Part shown: positions 9,001-18,983 of the stretch, in pieces
Position numbering within the stretch: position 1 is the stretch's first letter
Layout of the letters: each line of letters begins with the position of its first letter
DNA from: Alphaproteobacteria bacterium
Lineage (GTDB): Bacteria > Pseudomonadota > Alphaproteobacteria > SHVV01
Assembly (NCBI GenBank): GCA_965261735.1
Contig: OZ253470.1
Coordinates: 3,072,001 to 3,136,000, forward strand
Reading direction: 5' to 3'
DNA: 64,000 nucleotides
Translations under genes and position numbers: made by a program
The notes under the pieces: generated by a model
Databases searched by the model: none
Seen by the model: only the letters and a program-made list of their open reading frames with translations
Told to the model about the DNA's origin: nothing

Positions 9001-9460
9001 GCGAGCTCGAACTTCTTGCCTGCCCCAGGGCCAGGCGTCTGCACGAAGACGTCCTCGATCTTGAAGGTGATGGCGAGACTGGGGTGCGGCGCGTGTGCGG
9101 CCAAGTGTCCAGCGTCGATACCGGCCTGCCTAAAATGCGCGATCAGCTTGCTCTGATAAATGTCTTGAATGGCGATGTCCTTTCATCGGTCGGCCGCGAG
9201 GACACGTGGCGGCCCTTGAACTGGTAGGTCTCGTGGCTCATCGGCTCGCACACCGTGAGCGCGACCACTCCGTTTTCCTCGAGGTTGCCCGTCGTCCGCT
9301 CGCTCTCGGCGACGGGGAGGAACATCGTGATGGTGTCTTCGCTCGCATTGGCGACGGCACCGGCAACGAACGCGACCGACGGCCGTAACTTGGAGTCGCG
9401 GGTTCCGATGGCCATCGGATGGGGGCCGTGCACAAACTCAACGAGCTTGTCGAGGATCAC
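9001..9460 (-). pseudogene. Pyridoxamine 5'-phosphate oxidase-like protein with frameshift
   Basis: GTG 9460 with RBS; IGTRDSKLRP...TYQFKG, 1-nt loss in an A-run near 9182, resumes as DIAIQ...FVQTPGPGAG; own stop codon lost. Confidence 0.7.
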
Positions 9461-9616
9461 GTCGTCTTCCCTCTCACGAGATCGAGCCGGGCTGGCGCGA
9501 CAGCCGCAAAGACTATCGCGGGGGCGAAACCCGGTACGGAGTCGCGCGCGCCGGCCCTCCCGTGCGAGGATGACGGCCGTGTACGGCAGAGGCCGGGCTG
9601 AAGGGAGGAATTGGGC

Positions 9617-10081
9617 ATGGTCTACTTTCCGCTCGCCGGCGGCTGTCAGTGCGGTGCCGTGCGCTACCGCGTCCTCGCGCCCCCGAGAACGGTGTTCCAT
9701 TGCCACTGCTCGATGTGCCGCAAGAGCACCGGGGCGACATTCGTCACCTTTGCCGTCATGCGCCGCGACGAGATTCAACTCGAGCGCGGCGAGGACAATC
9801 TCGCCGCCTTCGACAGCTCCGAAAACGTACGCCGGCTCTTCTGCAAGACTTGCGGCTGCAGCCTATTCCTGGATGTCCCCGGGTCCGCCGACATGCGGGC
9901 CTATGCGCCGGCGACCCTTGATGACCGAGCCCGTCCCGGGCACGGCCCGGAGGCCGAGTTCCATTGCTACGTCGGCTCGAAAGTGACGTGGTTCCAAATC
10001 GGTGATTCCCTACCGCAATATGACGGCTCGACCCGCGGCGCCGAGCCCGACCGCCTCGGCCCCGGTGCCGCTCCCGCTTGA
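9617..10081 (+). CDS. GFA family protein (glutathione-dependent formaldehyde-activating enzyme-like)
   Basis: GGCQCGAVRY, HCHCSMCRK, FCKTCG zinc motifs. Confidence 0.92.
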   Translation: MVYFPLAGGCQCGAVRYRVLAPPRTVFHCHCSMCRKSTGATFVTFAVMRRDEIQLERGEDNLAAFDSSENVRRLFCKTCGCSLFLDVPGSADMRAYAPATLDDRARPGHGPEAEFHCYVGSKVTWFQIGDSLPQYDGSTRGAEPDRLGPGAAPA

Positions 10082-10085
10082 GGCT

Positions 10086-11096
10086 TCATTCGAGGTGGAT
10101 CACCCCGTCGGGGTGGAAGGCGCGGAAGGCGAAGGCGAAGCTCACGTCGTAGGGGACGTCCTCGAGCCCGACGGTGGTGCGGCGCTGCACCACGACGTTG
10201 CCGACGTCGCGACCGAGCACGACGGCGCGCGTATCGTGGATCGAGTTCTGGCCGGGCGTCCAGCGCAGCTCCAGATCGCCGGCCCTGACCACGCCTCGGG
10301 CGCGCACCAGCGCCAGGCTCCACGACTGCGTGCCGACCACGACGACACGTGCGAACGGCGCGAGCCCGTCCGGCAGGCGGTAGGGCATGCGCACGGAGCC
10401 CGACGCGGAGTCGTAGCCCTCATACGGCGTGAGGCCATAGGGGCGGGCGCGCGCGTCGTCGGGGATCAGCAGCTTGCCCTCGGGGGCACGCTGACGAAAT
10501 AGCGCGAACGACTCGAGGCGCGCCGGCACCATCGCGAGGCGGGTACCCGTGAGCGTCCCGACGATCGCCTCGCCGAGGAACTGCTGCCACCAGCTCTCCG
10601 TCTGGCGGTCATACATCACCATGTCGTAGTGGCGAATGCGGCCGGTATTGCCGAAGTCGAGGGTGCGCCCGGCCACGCGCCGGTCGAAGACGACTGCCGA
10701 GTTGCACAACGGGCAGTAGCTCACCAACACCGGCACGCCGGCCACGGTGTCGTTGACGATCTCGTGCCACAGCAGGATGCGCAGCGGGTAGGCGCGGGCA
10801 TCTCCGGCGATCGTGACGCTGACCACTGGCTCCATCGAGCCGATGCCGGTCGCGCTTGCGGCGCCGACGAAGCGCGGCATGTCGATCGGCGGGATACTGT
10901 CGCGGCGCGGCCCGTCCGTGACGATCTCGCCGAGATCGATGGAGCGGCGCGCGAAGTCGGTGGCTGGGAACTCGGCGCGCCATACCGCGGCACCGCCGTC
11001 GTCGCCTTTTGCGGGAGTGCCTAGGGGAAGCGCTATCAGCACAACCACCGCGACGATCCAACGCCCTCGCCCCATCCTGAAACGGCCTCCCGCCAT
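10086..11096 (-). CDS. DUF3179 domain exported protein
   Basis: Signal peptide; RDSIPPID.P, ARAYPLRILLWHEIVND, YCPLC, MYDRQTESWWQQ. Confidence 0.85.
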   Translation of the reverse strand: MAGGRFRMGRGRWIVAVVVLIALPLGTPAKGDDGGAAVWRAEFPATDFARRSIDLGEIVTDGPRRDSIPPIDMPRFVGAASATGIGSMEPVVSVTIAGDARAYPLRILLWHEIVNDTVAGVPVLVSYCPLCNSAVVFDRRVAGRTLDFGNTGRIRHYDMVMYDRQTESWWQQFLGEAIVGTLTGTRLAMVPARLESFALFRQRAPEGKLLIPDDARARPYGLTPYEGYDSASGSVRMPYRLPDGLAPFARVVVVGTQSWSLALVRARGVVRAGDLELRWTPGQNSIHDTRAVVLGRDVGNVVVQRRTTVGLEDVPYDVSFAFAFRAFHPDGVIHLE

Positions 11097-11203
11097 GGCT
11101 CGCGTCGATTGTTCCGCGGCAGCACGTCGTGCGCAAGCGCGCCGCGGCGTCGCGGCACTTGTCTTCGCGGCCGACGGGGGCTACATCCCTGGGGCACGAC
11201 TGC

Positions 11204-11905
11204 ATGACGGATTCGCGCCCCATTGGCTGGGTGGCGCGGTTGTCGGTTTGGGAACGACCAGTGTCGAAGTTTCGCCGATATACGTGGACGGACCGCTTGA
11301 TGCGGCTCGCGTCGCATCGCCTCATCGTCCCGCTGAAGCGAAGCCAGCACCCGCCCGAATATTCGGCTCGCGGCATACTCGTCGGCATTGTGTGGGGGCT
11401 GACTCCGACGGTCGGCGTGCAGATGGCGGCGGTGTTCGCGACGTGGACGCTCGGGCGCCGCCTGTTCGGCTGGAACTTCAACCTGATCATGGCGCTCGCC
11501 TGGACCTGGATCAGCAACCCGCTGACCATGGTCCCGATCTACTACCTGTTCTACGTCACCGGTCAGATCATGTTCGGGCGCTGGTCCGACCTCGCCGGCT
11601 ACGACGTGTTCGCCACCCTGTTCTCGCAGGCCTTCGCTTCCGGCACCGGGATCCTGGAGTCGGCGCGGGCGACGTTGTCCATTGCGGTCAAGGACTTTGG
11701 CCTGACGCTGCTCGTCGGCTCGCTTCCCTACGCGGTGGTCGGCGGTGCACTCGGCTTCTGGTGGGGCGTGCGGTTCGTGCTGCGCTACCGCGCGGCGCGC
11801 ACGGCGCGCGCGGCCCGCAGACGCAGCCGGCGGCTGGCGCGCGCCCGGCAGCTGGCGCCGCAGCCTGCGGCACCCAAGGCGTCGCGCGCCGTGGATCGGG
11901 CTTGA
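11204..11905 (+). CDS. DUF2062 domain membrane protein
   Basis: HPPEYSARGILVG...PTVGVQM...TWISNPLT pattern; start uncertain. Confidence 0.8.
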   Translation: MTDSRPIGWVARLSVWERPVSKFRRYTWTDRLMRLASHRLIVPLKRSQHPPEYSARGILVGIVWGLTPTVGVQMAAVFATWTLGRRLFGWNFNLIMALAWTWISNPLTMVPIYYLFYVTGQIMFGRWSDLAGYDVFATLFSQAFASGTGILESARATLSIAVKDFGLTLLVGSLPYAVVGGALGFWWGVRFVLRYRAARTARAARRRSRRLARARQLAPQPAAPKASRAVDRA

Positions 11906-11991
11906 CCAGCCGATCACCCCAGGACTAGCGTAGACGAAAGCGGTGTCCGCGTGGCGCCCTTGACGCTGAGACCTGCTCAAGAGGAAAAACG

Positions 11992-13362
11992 ATGGCCAGA
12001 CACATCAAGTGCGGCACCCTGTTCGACGGCCTCGGCGACGACGCCGAGAGCGATCAGACCCTGGTCATCGAGGACGGCCTCCTCACCTATGTCGGGCCCT
12101 CCGACAAGGCACCGCAGGCTGAGGCGGGCGACGAGATCGTCGACCACTCGAAGTATTTCGTTATGCCGGGCCTCACCGATATCCACACCCATCTTTCATA
12201 CGGCAACGCGCAGTGCGAGGAAGACATCGACCTCTATGCGGCCGTCGAGTTTCGCGCCATTCGGGCGGTGCTGAACGCACAGCGTCTGCTGGCCGCGGGT
12301 TATACGTCGATGGCCGATCCTGGCGGCTCCGCCCGCGTGCCGATCTCGGCCCGCGACGCGATCAACGCCGGCATGTTCCCAGGGCCACGGATCACTTGCT
12401 CTGGCCCCTACATCACCAGCCGGCAGGGGTTAACCGACTACTACCCGTCCTGGTTCGGATGCCCGGAGACATCGATCGGCCACTTGGTGCAAAACGTGAC
12501 CGAGGCGATCGAGGTCATTCGCGCCCAGGTCAAGGACGGCGTGGATTTCGTGAAGTTCGCGATGGACGGCAAACAGCTCAACGACAAGGGTGAGCTGGTG
12601 GCCTCGTTCAATCAGGCGGAGACGACCAAAATGGTTACGGAATGCCACCGCCTGGGCAAGAAGGTGGTGATGCACGCGCGCGGCCGCGAGGGCACGTTGT
12701 ATTCGGCGCGGGCCGCGGCCGACGTGATCTTCCATGCGTCATGGATGGACGAGGAGGGGCTCGCGGCGGTGCTCGAGAACGGTTGCGCGATCTGCCCGAC
12801 GCTCACGCTGCCCTACAACAACATCACGTTCACCCAGCCCAGCGATCCCTCCTTCAAGCGGGTGCGGCCCGACATCGGCTCGGCCGAGTGGGCCGTGGCC
12901 ATGAAGTCGCTGAGCACCGCGCATAAGGCGGGCGTACCCTTCATGACCGGCACCGATTCGGGTTTCGCTATCACGCCCTACGGCGAATGGCATGCCCGCG
13001 AGATCGAGCTCTTCGTCAAGTATCTCGGCTTCACGCCGGCCGAGGCACTGCGTTCGGCGACCTCGGTGAGCGCCTCGTTCCTGTCGGACGGCGAACGCCT
13101 TGGGGCGCTCGCGGCGGGCCGTCATGCCGATTTGATCGTCGTCGACGGCAATCCGCTCATGAACGTGTCGGTGCTGTTGGACAAGGCGTTGATCAAGGAG
13201 GTCTATCTGGCGGGCGATGCGATCGCCCTCGATCTGCCGCCGATCCAGACGCAGGGCGTCAGCACCTTCTCCTATCGCTTCTGGCAGGACATGTACGATC
13301 AGGAGCGGGTCAAGGCGCTCGGCGCCGAGGGCGGCGCGATCCGTCACATCGAAGCCGCCTAG
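11992..13362 (+). CDS. Metal-dependent amidohydrolase (Xaa-Pro dipeptidase/ochratoxinase-like subfamily), copy A
   Basis: MPGLTDIHTH, FVK, MHARG, FHAS, GTDSG binuclear ligands. Confidence 0.9.
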   Translation: MARHIKCGTLFDGLGDDAESDQTLVIEDGLLTYVGPSDKAPQAEAGDEIVDHSKYFVMPGLTDIHTHLSYGNAQCEEDIDLYAAVEFRAIRAVLNAQRLLAAGYTSMADPGGSARVPISARDAINAGMFPGPRITCSGPYITSRQGLTDYYPSWFGCPETSIGHLVQNVTEAIEVIRAQVKDGVDFVKFAMDGKQLNDKGELVASFNQAETTKMVTECHRLGKKVVMHARGREGTLYSARAAADVIFHASWMDEEGLAAVLENGCAICPTLTLPYNNITFTQPSDPSFKRVRPDIGSAEWAVAMKSLSTAHKAGVPFMTGTDSGFAITPYGEWHAREIELFVKYLGFTPAEALRSATSVSASFLSDGERLGALAAGRHADLIVVDGNPLMNVSVLLDKALIKEVYLAGDAIALDLPPIQTQGVSTFSYRFWQDMYDQERVKALGAEGGAIRHIEAA

Positions 13363-13392
13363 GTAGCGGCATCGCGGGCCGGCCGCCGCCCG

Positions 13393-14220
13393 ATGGCTAG
13401 CAGGGAACCGGTCGCAGGCCGGGAACTAAGCCCGGGCGCGGCGGCGGTTCGCTTCCTGCGCCTGCATCCCAACCTGATCCGCGTTGTCGTCGTCGCTATC
13501 TTCTTCATCGCGTGGGAGTACTTCGGGCGTTCGGTCAGCCCACTCTTTCTCAGCTCGCCGACAAAGGTGTTCGTGGCGACCTGGGAGGTCATCCTGAGCG
13601 GTGATCTCGCCGTGGCGCTCAAGGAAAGCTTGTTGCTGTTTACGGTCGGAATGACCGTTTCGATAGTCGGCGGCATCGCGCTCGGCGTGATGCTCGGCCA
13701 GTGGTGGTTCATCGAATACACGCTCGACCCTTTCGTCAACGCGCTCTACGTGACTCCGCGGATCGCGCTCCTGCCCCTCATCATCCTGTGGGCCGGGCTG
13801 GAGACCGCTGGCAAGCTAACGATTCTCATTTCGATTGCGATCTTTCCCGTGATCATCAACACCTACGCCGGCATCAAGGACGTGCGCGGCTCGCTGCTGG
13901 AGATCGGCCGCGCCTTCGGCGCCAGCGAAAGCGACATCTTCTTCAAGATCACACTTCCGGCCGCGACGCCCTACGTGATGGCCGGCATTCGCCTCTCGGT
14001 CGGGCTCGGCATCACAGCAATGATCGTGGCCGAGTTCTTCACGGCGATCTCCGGGCTCGGCGGGATGATCGTCAATTACGGTGCCGTGTTCGCGACCTCG
14101 AAGATGTTCGTGCCGATCATTATCGTAGGCCTCATGGGCGTCGCCCTGACCCAGCTCGTCCAGTATACGGAGCGCAGACTGTCGAAGTGGCGCACGTTGG
14201 AGCGCGAGCGCATCAAGTAG
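13393..14220 (+). CDS. ABC transporter permease, NitT/TauT (SsuC-like) family
   Basis: Multiple TM segments; EIGRAFGAS EAA-like loop; IVAE motif. Confidence 0.92.
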   Translation: MASREPVAGRELSPGAAAVRFLRLHPNLIRVVVVAIFFIAWEYFGRSVSPLFLSSPTKVFVATWEVILSGDLAVALKESLLLFTVGMTVSIVGGIALGVMLGQWWFIEYTLDPFVNALYVTPRIALLPLIILWAGLETAGKLTILISIAIFPVIINTYAGIKDVRGSLLEIGRAFGASESDIFFKITLPAATPYVMAGIRLSVGLGITAMIVAEFFTAISGLGGMIVNYGAVFATSKMFVPIIIVGLMGVALTQLVQYTERRLSKWRTLERERIK

Positions 14221-14398
14221 GCGGTCGACGGCCCGAGAGTGGCGAGTTGAACTGCGCCATGGCGACGGCTATCATCGCGCCGCGGCGGTGGTCGATTAGC
14301 GGCGCCGCTAGGCAAAAGGAATAATGTGGCCCACCGAATCAGGTCGGGCCGATGGATCGGAAACAACATCCGATCAGGCGAGGAAAGGGAGGAGAGTC

Positions 14399-15430
14399 AT
14401 GGGGACGGGTTTATGGAGTAGGTCACGACGCGCGCTCTTGGGGACGGCGGTCGGCGTGCTCGCGGCGGTGATCGTCGCGGGCGGGGCGAGCGCGGCCGAA
14501 CTCATGGTCGTCAAGCGCTCCAATGGATCGGGTGCGCCGCAACCCTTCGGACTGCCATGGTACGTCGCCGATGAGATGGGCTTCTTCGCCAAGCATGGCA
14601 TCAAGTTCGAGGAGGTCTACGTCAAGGGCGACGCCAACAGCATGCGCGCGCTGCTCGCCAACCAGGCTCTGGTCGGCGGCGTCGGTCCGACGACGATGTT
14701 CTCGGCCCTGAGCGAGGGCGCCAAAGTCAAGGTCATCGTCGCCTCGCAGCCGGTGGTCGACTACCACATCATCGCCCGCAAGGGCGTCGCCACCACACTG
14801 AGCGAGTTGGCGGGCTTGACCTTCGCGTCGGCGGGCCCGATGGACCTCACCACCGAGATTCCGAAGATGGTGCTGCGCAAGAACGGCGTCGACCCGAGCA
14901 CGGTGAAGTTCCAGCAGGTCGGCAGTCACGCCGCGCGCCTACAGGCCGTGATCGCGGGCCGCGTCCAGGCGACGATGATCAATACGCTCTATACGACGAT
15001 CGGCCATCGCGCCGGCGACATCAACATCATCACGCCGGTGGCCTTGGAGTTCCCCGGGCTTGGTTACACCTACCTCGCGGTGCGTGAAGGGGACCTAGCG
15101 GATCCCAAGATGCGCAAGGCCCTGAAAGGGTTCGTCCACGGCACCATCGAAGGTGCACGGTTCATCATGGACAACCCTGAGCAGGCGGCGGGGATCATGC
15201 ACAAGATCCTTCCCGACGTCGACAAGGACATTTTGGTCGAAGTCATCGGGCGGCTCAACGCCACGAAGGTGTGGGGCGTCAACGGTGGGGTCGAGCCTGA
15301 GATCACCGAGTTCACCGTCAAGGTACAGATGGAAATGGGCGGGTTGAAAAAGAAGCTCACGGCGGCGGACGTTCTTGACCGTACGCTGGTGGAAGAGGTG
15401 CTAGCCGAGATCGGCCCCTATAAGGGCTGA
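14399..15430 (+). CDS. ABC transporter substrate-binding protein, NitT/TauT (NMT1-like) family
   Basis: Signal peptide ending ASA; VADEMGFFAKHG; ARLQAVIAGRV. Confidence 0.88.
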   Translation: MGTGLWSRSRRALLGTAVGVLAAVIVAGGASAAELMVVKRSNGSGAPQPFGLPWYVADEMGFFAKHGIKFEEVYVKGDANSMRALLANQALVGGVGPTTMFSALSEGAKVKVIVASQPVVDYHIIARKGVATTLSELAGLTFASAGPMDLTTEIPKMVLRKNGVDPSTVKFQQVGSHAARLQAVIAGRVQATMINTLYTTIGHRAGDINIITPVALEFPGLGYTYLAVREGDLADPKMRKALKGFVHGTIEGARFIMDNPEQAAGIMHKILPDVDKDILVEVIGRLNATKVWGVNGGVEPEITEFTVKVQMEMGGLKKKLTAADVLDRTLVEEVLAEIGPYKG

Positions 15431-15439
15431 GTACTCTCA

Positions 15440-15471
15440 AGGGGGAGGGCCGCACGCGCGGTCCTCCCCCT
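15440..15471 (+). terminator. GC-rich hairpin after the binding-protein gene (terminator or mRNA stabiliser)
   Basis: AGGGGGAGGGCCGC-ACGC-GCGGTCCTCCCCCT. Confidence 0.55.
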
Positions 15472-15522
15472 ATGCGTTTTCGCGGAGGCGCTCTCTAGAC
15501 CGCCGAGGACGGATGGCTTGGC

Positions 15523-16221
15523 ATGACCCTGAGTATCGATGACGTTCTGAAACGGATCGCCCAGATGCACGAGGAGCGGCCGCTGTATTCGCAGCCGCTG
15601 TGGCGCGACTTGGTGGACGGCAATCTAAGCCGCGATCAGGTCAAGGAATTCGCCTACCACTACAGCATCGTGCCGCTGCCCAACTACAACTACCATGGCC
15701 GGTTGTACCTGCACTGCCCGGACTACCGTTGGCGCAAGCTGATCGCCGAGATTTGCTACGAGGAGGGAACCGGCAAGTTGTTCGCCGGCGGCCGCCCGCA
15801 CTGCGAGCTGTACATCGATTTCGGGACGGCGGTGGGTTGGACGGAGGAGGAGCTGTGGAAGGCCGACTACATGCCGACCGCGCTCGCCTGGAAGGCGTAC
15901 CTGGAGAAGCTGTGCGAGTCGGATTTCCTCGAGGGGGCGACCGCCCACATGCTCTCCGGCGAGGCCATGATCCCCGGTACCTTCGGGCGTATCGCCGACA
16001 AGTTTCAGGAGAAGTTCGGGCTGAGCGAGCAGCAGGTCGCGTTCTGGCGCGTGCACGATGTGGCCGACGGTGACCATTCGGGGATCGGGCGCGAGCTCCT
16101 CGAAGAGTTCGCGCCGACCCAGGCCGATCGTAAGCGCGTCATCAAGATCGTCGACGCGTACAAGGACGTCGTCTTTTTTATGTATGGAGAGATCTACCGG
16201 CGCGTGCAAGCGGTTCAGTAG
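15523..16221 (+). CDS. Heme-oxygenase-like diiron enzyme (CADD/PqqC/TenA-like fold)
   Basis: YEEG...RPHCELY, SGEAM, FWRVHDVADGDH supply an E,H,E,H,D,H ligand set like CADD. Confidence 0.82.
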   Translation: MTLSIDDVLKRIAQMHEERPLYSQPLWRDLVDGNLSRDQVKEFAYHYSIVPLPNYNYHGRLYLHCPDYRWRKLIAEICYEEGTGKLFAGGRPHCELYIDFGTAVGWTEEELWKADYMPTALAWKAYLEKLCESDFLEGATAHMLSGEAMIPGTFGRIADKFQEKFGLSEQQVAFWRVHDVADGDHSGIGRELLEEFAPTQADRKRVIKIVDAYKDVVFFMYGEIYRRVQAVQ

Positions 16222-16267
16222 GTGATCTGGCCGCCGGCCCGCGCGCGGCGGAGACAGGAGGACGACA

Positions 16268-17617
16268 ATGGCGATGCACTTGCGTTGCGGCAAGCTGTTT
16301 ACCGGCCTCGAGGACGATGCGCGGAGCGGCCAGACCGTGGTCGTCGATGGCGGCGCGGTCGCCTATGTCGGGGCCACCGAAAAGGCGCCGCCCGCGACGC
16401 CCGCCGATGAGGTCGTCGACTACGCCGACTACTTCGTAATGCCCGGGCTCATCGACGCCCATACCCACCTCTCCTTCGGCAACGCCGTCACCGAAGAAGA
16501 CTTGGATATGTACACGCCGCTCGAGTTCCGCTCGCTTCGCGCATTGCTCAACGCGCAACGCGTGTTGGCGGCGGGCTTCATCGGCGTGATCGATCCCGGC
16601 TGTTCGGGCCGCGTGATGGTCGCGGTAAGGGACGCCATCAACGCCGGCATGTTCGCCGGCCCCCGGATCGCCTGCTCGGGCCCGTTTATCGCCAATCATC
16701 AGGGGTACACCGCTTTTTATCCGAGCTGGTTCAACAACCAGGTCGCGGTCTGCTGCATCGTCGACAGCGCCTCGGAGGCGATCGAGGCGATCCGCAGCCA
16801 GATCAAGGACGGCGTCGATTTCATCAAAATCGCGATGGACGGCCGGGCCCGCAATCTCAAGGGAGAGCTCGCCGCCGCCTTCGATCAAGACACTACGAAG
16901 CGCATGATCACCGAGTGCCACCGCCTCGGCAAAAAGGTGATCGTCCACGCCAAGGGTGCCGAGGCGATGTTGTTCGGCGCTCGCGCCGGCGCCGACGTCA
17001 TCTACCACGCGTCCTGGGCCGACGAGGAGGCACTCGACGCGGCGCGCGAGAACGGCTGCGTGATCTGCCCTTCGTTGACCATCATCTACAACAACAACAC
17101 CTTCACCCAAACGACCGATGCGTCCTTCAATCGGACCGATCACGGGGCCAGCGAGTGGGCCGCTGCCCACGTCTCGGCGCGGCGCGCCCGCGAGCTCGGG
17201 ATACCGCTGATGGCGGGTTCGGATTCCGGGTTCGCGATCAACCCCTGTGGCGAGTGGCATGCCCGCGAGCTCGACCTCATGGTAAAGCACGTCGGCCTGA
17301 CGACGGCCGAGGTGTTGCGCGCGGCGACAGCGCTCAATGCTACGTTCTTCGATGACGCAGGCCGCATGGGCGCGCTCGAGGTCGGGCGCCACGCCGATAT
17401 TCTGGTGGTCGACGGCGACCCGCTCGCCGACGTCGCCGTGCTGCTCGACAAATCGGCGATCAAGGAGGTCTATCTCGAGGGAGAGCCCGTTCGGCTCGCG
17501 GTCCGGCCGGCGCAGCTCGCGGGCGAGACCGACAACACATATCGCTTCTGGCAGGACATGTACGATCAGAGGCGTGTGGCCGAGCTCGCCGCCGAGTCGC
17601 GCTTGCGGGCGATCTAG
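16268..17617 (+). CDS. Metal-dependent amidohydrolase, copy B (paralogue of 11992-13362)
   Basis: MPGLIDAHTH, FIK, VHAKG, YHAS, GSDSG; colinear with copy A end to end. Confidence 0.9.
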   Translation: MAMHLRCGKLFTGLEDDARSGQTVVVDGGAVAYVGATEKAPPATPADEVVDYADYFVMPGLIDAHTHLSFGNAVTEEDLDMYTPLEFRSLRALLNAQRVLAAGFIGVIDPGCSGRVMVAVRDAINAGMFAGPRIACSGPFIANHQGYTAFYPSWFNNQVAVCCIVDSASEAIEAIRSQIKDGVDFIKIAMDGRARNLKGELAAAFDQDTTKRMITECHRLGKKVIVHAKGAEAMLFGARAGADVIYHASWADEEALDAARENGCVICPSLTIIYNNNTFTQTTDASFNRTDHGASEWAAAHVSARRARELGIPLMAGSDSGFAINPCGEWHARELDLMVKHVGLTTAEVLRAATALNATFFDDAGRMGALEVGRHADILVVDGDPLADVAVLLDKSAIKEVYLEGEPVRLAVRPAQLAGETDNTYRFWQDMYDQRRVAELAAESRLRAI

Positions 17618-17878
17618 CAGGCTGCTGAAAAAGTCCTCGCCTTTGCAGTTGTGACATGATTCTGTGATTTCTTCGAGTGATGGAGGATGGCATGCGGGGT
17701 CGAGATCAAAGCAGTGGCAATTTATTCAGCTACGTAGACTTGGAAGAGCGTGTTCCGGATGATCATCCGCTGCGTCTGATCCGTGAGATCGTGAACGACG
17801 TATTGGGGTCTCTATCTTCGGAGTTCGAGACGCTTTATTCCCACATGGGTCGCCCATCGATCCCGCCGGAGAAGCTTC

Positions 17879-18983
17879 CTTGCCTATCCGGTTAACGCCC
17901 ATGACCGCTACATGTAGGGTGCCACCACTCTCCCGAGTAAAGCTCGGCATAGGTTGGAGCAGAGGTGTCGCCCGCGATGCCGAGCAATGAGCGGAAGGCG
18001 TTGAACGGGTAGAACCGCCTGTTGAAGCGGAAGGTGAACTCGTTGAGGTAGGCTTGTAGGTGCTGGTGGCTAACGCCGTGGTGGATACCGATCAGCCACG
18101 TCTTCAGGTTGGCGAAAACCAGATGGATGATCGGCAGGTATTGCTCGGCAACCTCTGGATCACCACACTCGGCAACAGCGAAGTGCTCATAGCCGCGCTT
18201 ACCGAGGCCAGCATAGCCGCTCCAATCGTCAGTAACGATCAGCGATCGCGGCGCGACGGTGCTCTCGACGAACCCACAGAGCGACTCGGCGCTACGGTCG
18301 AGCACGACGGCGAGCCGAACGCGTCCGGCATAGCGTCCGTCTTTCCGGTTGTCGAGCTTGGTGCCCGGCTTTCGATGACGCACCTCGATGGCACAGGAGA
18401 CGGGAACCTTGTGGTGAACACCACGGCCTTCCCCACGCGTTCGCCCGCCAACCCAGGTTTCGTCCACCTCAACATGGTTCTTGGGCTGTCCACCGATCCT
18501 GTCTTGGTTGGGCCGCACCATGCCCGAGCGGAGCTTGTGGAGAATTTGAAAGGCCGTCTCGTAGCGCGAAAGACCAAGTTGCCGCTGAAACTGCACGGCG
18601 GACATGCCGGGCGTCTGACTGGCGACCAGATAAGCGGCCCAGAACCAGACGTTCAGCGGAGTGTGGCTACGCTCCATCACTGTTCCCACCGTCAGCCCGG
18701 TGTTCTGGCGGCACTTGCGGCAGCGCAGGACGCCAGGGCGGTTTTCAAAGTGGAACGGCTCTCCCGCCGTGCCGCAGTGCGGGCAGGCAAAGCCGTCTCC
18801 CCAGCGGGCTTTCTCCAGGTAGGCGGCGCAGGCCGCATCATCGGGGAAAAGTCGCTGGAACTCGGGTAGCGAATGCGGGAATGGGAGATCGGCGCGGTCG
18901 AGAACATCCATGGCGCGCTCCCCTATATCCGGGTTGCGCCCATTCTAGCCCTAGTGAGTGTGGGTGTAAACCGGATAGGCAAG
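17879..18983 (-). mobile_element. IS1595-family element, copy 1 (1105 bp)
   Basis: IRs CTTGCCTATCCGG / CCGGATAGGCAAG; 8-bp target duplication GAAGCTTC at 17871-17878 and 18984-18991. Confidence 0.95.
17892..18911 (-). CDS. IS1595-family transposase
   Basis: Zinc ribbon CPHC...CRKC, VEVDET, VTDDW, HLQAYLNEFTFRFNRR. Confidence 0.95.
   Translation of the reverse strand: MDVLDRADLPFPHSLPEFQRLFPDDAACAAYLEKARWGDGFACPHCGTAGEPFHFENRPGVLRCRKCRQNTGLTVGTVMERSHTPLNVWFWAAYLVASQTPGMSAVQFQRQLGLSRYETAFQILHKLRSGMVRPNQDRIGGQPKNHVEVDETWVGGRTRGEGRGVHHKVPVSCAIEVRHRKPGTKLDNRKDGRYAGRVRLAVVLDRSAESLCGFVESTVAPRSLIVTDDWSGYAGLGKRGYEHFAVAECGDPEVAEQYLPIIHLVFANLKTWLIGIHHGVSHQHLQAYLNEFTFRFNRRFYPFNAFRSLLGIAGDTSAPTYAELYSGEWWHPTCSGHGR

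Noticed and set aside
11906-11991. TPP riboswitch before the NMT1-like operon (GCTGAGA seen)
   Set aside because: The remaining conserved elements (CCTGAT, TAAT, GCG.AGG) and the space for them are missing
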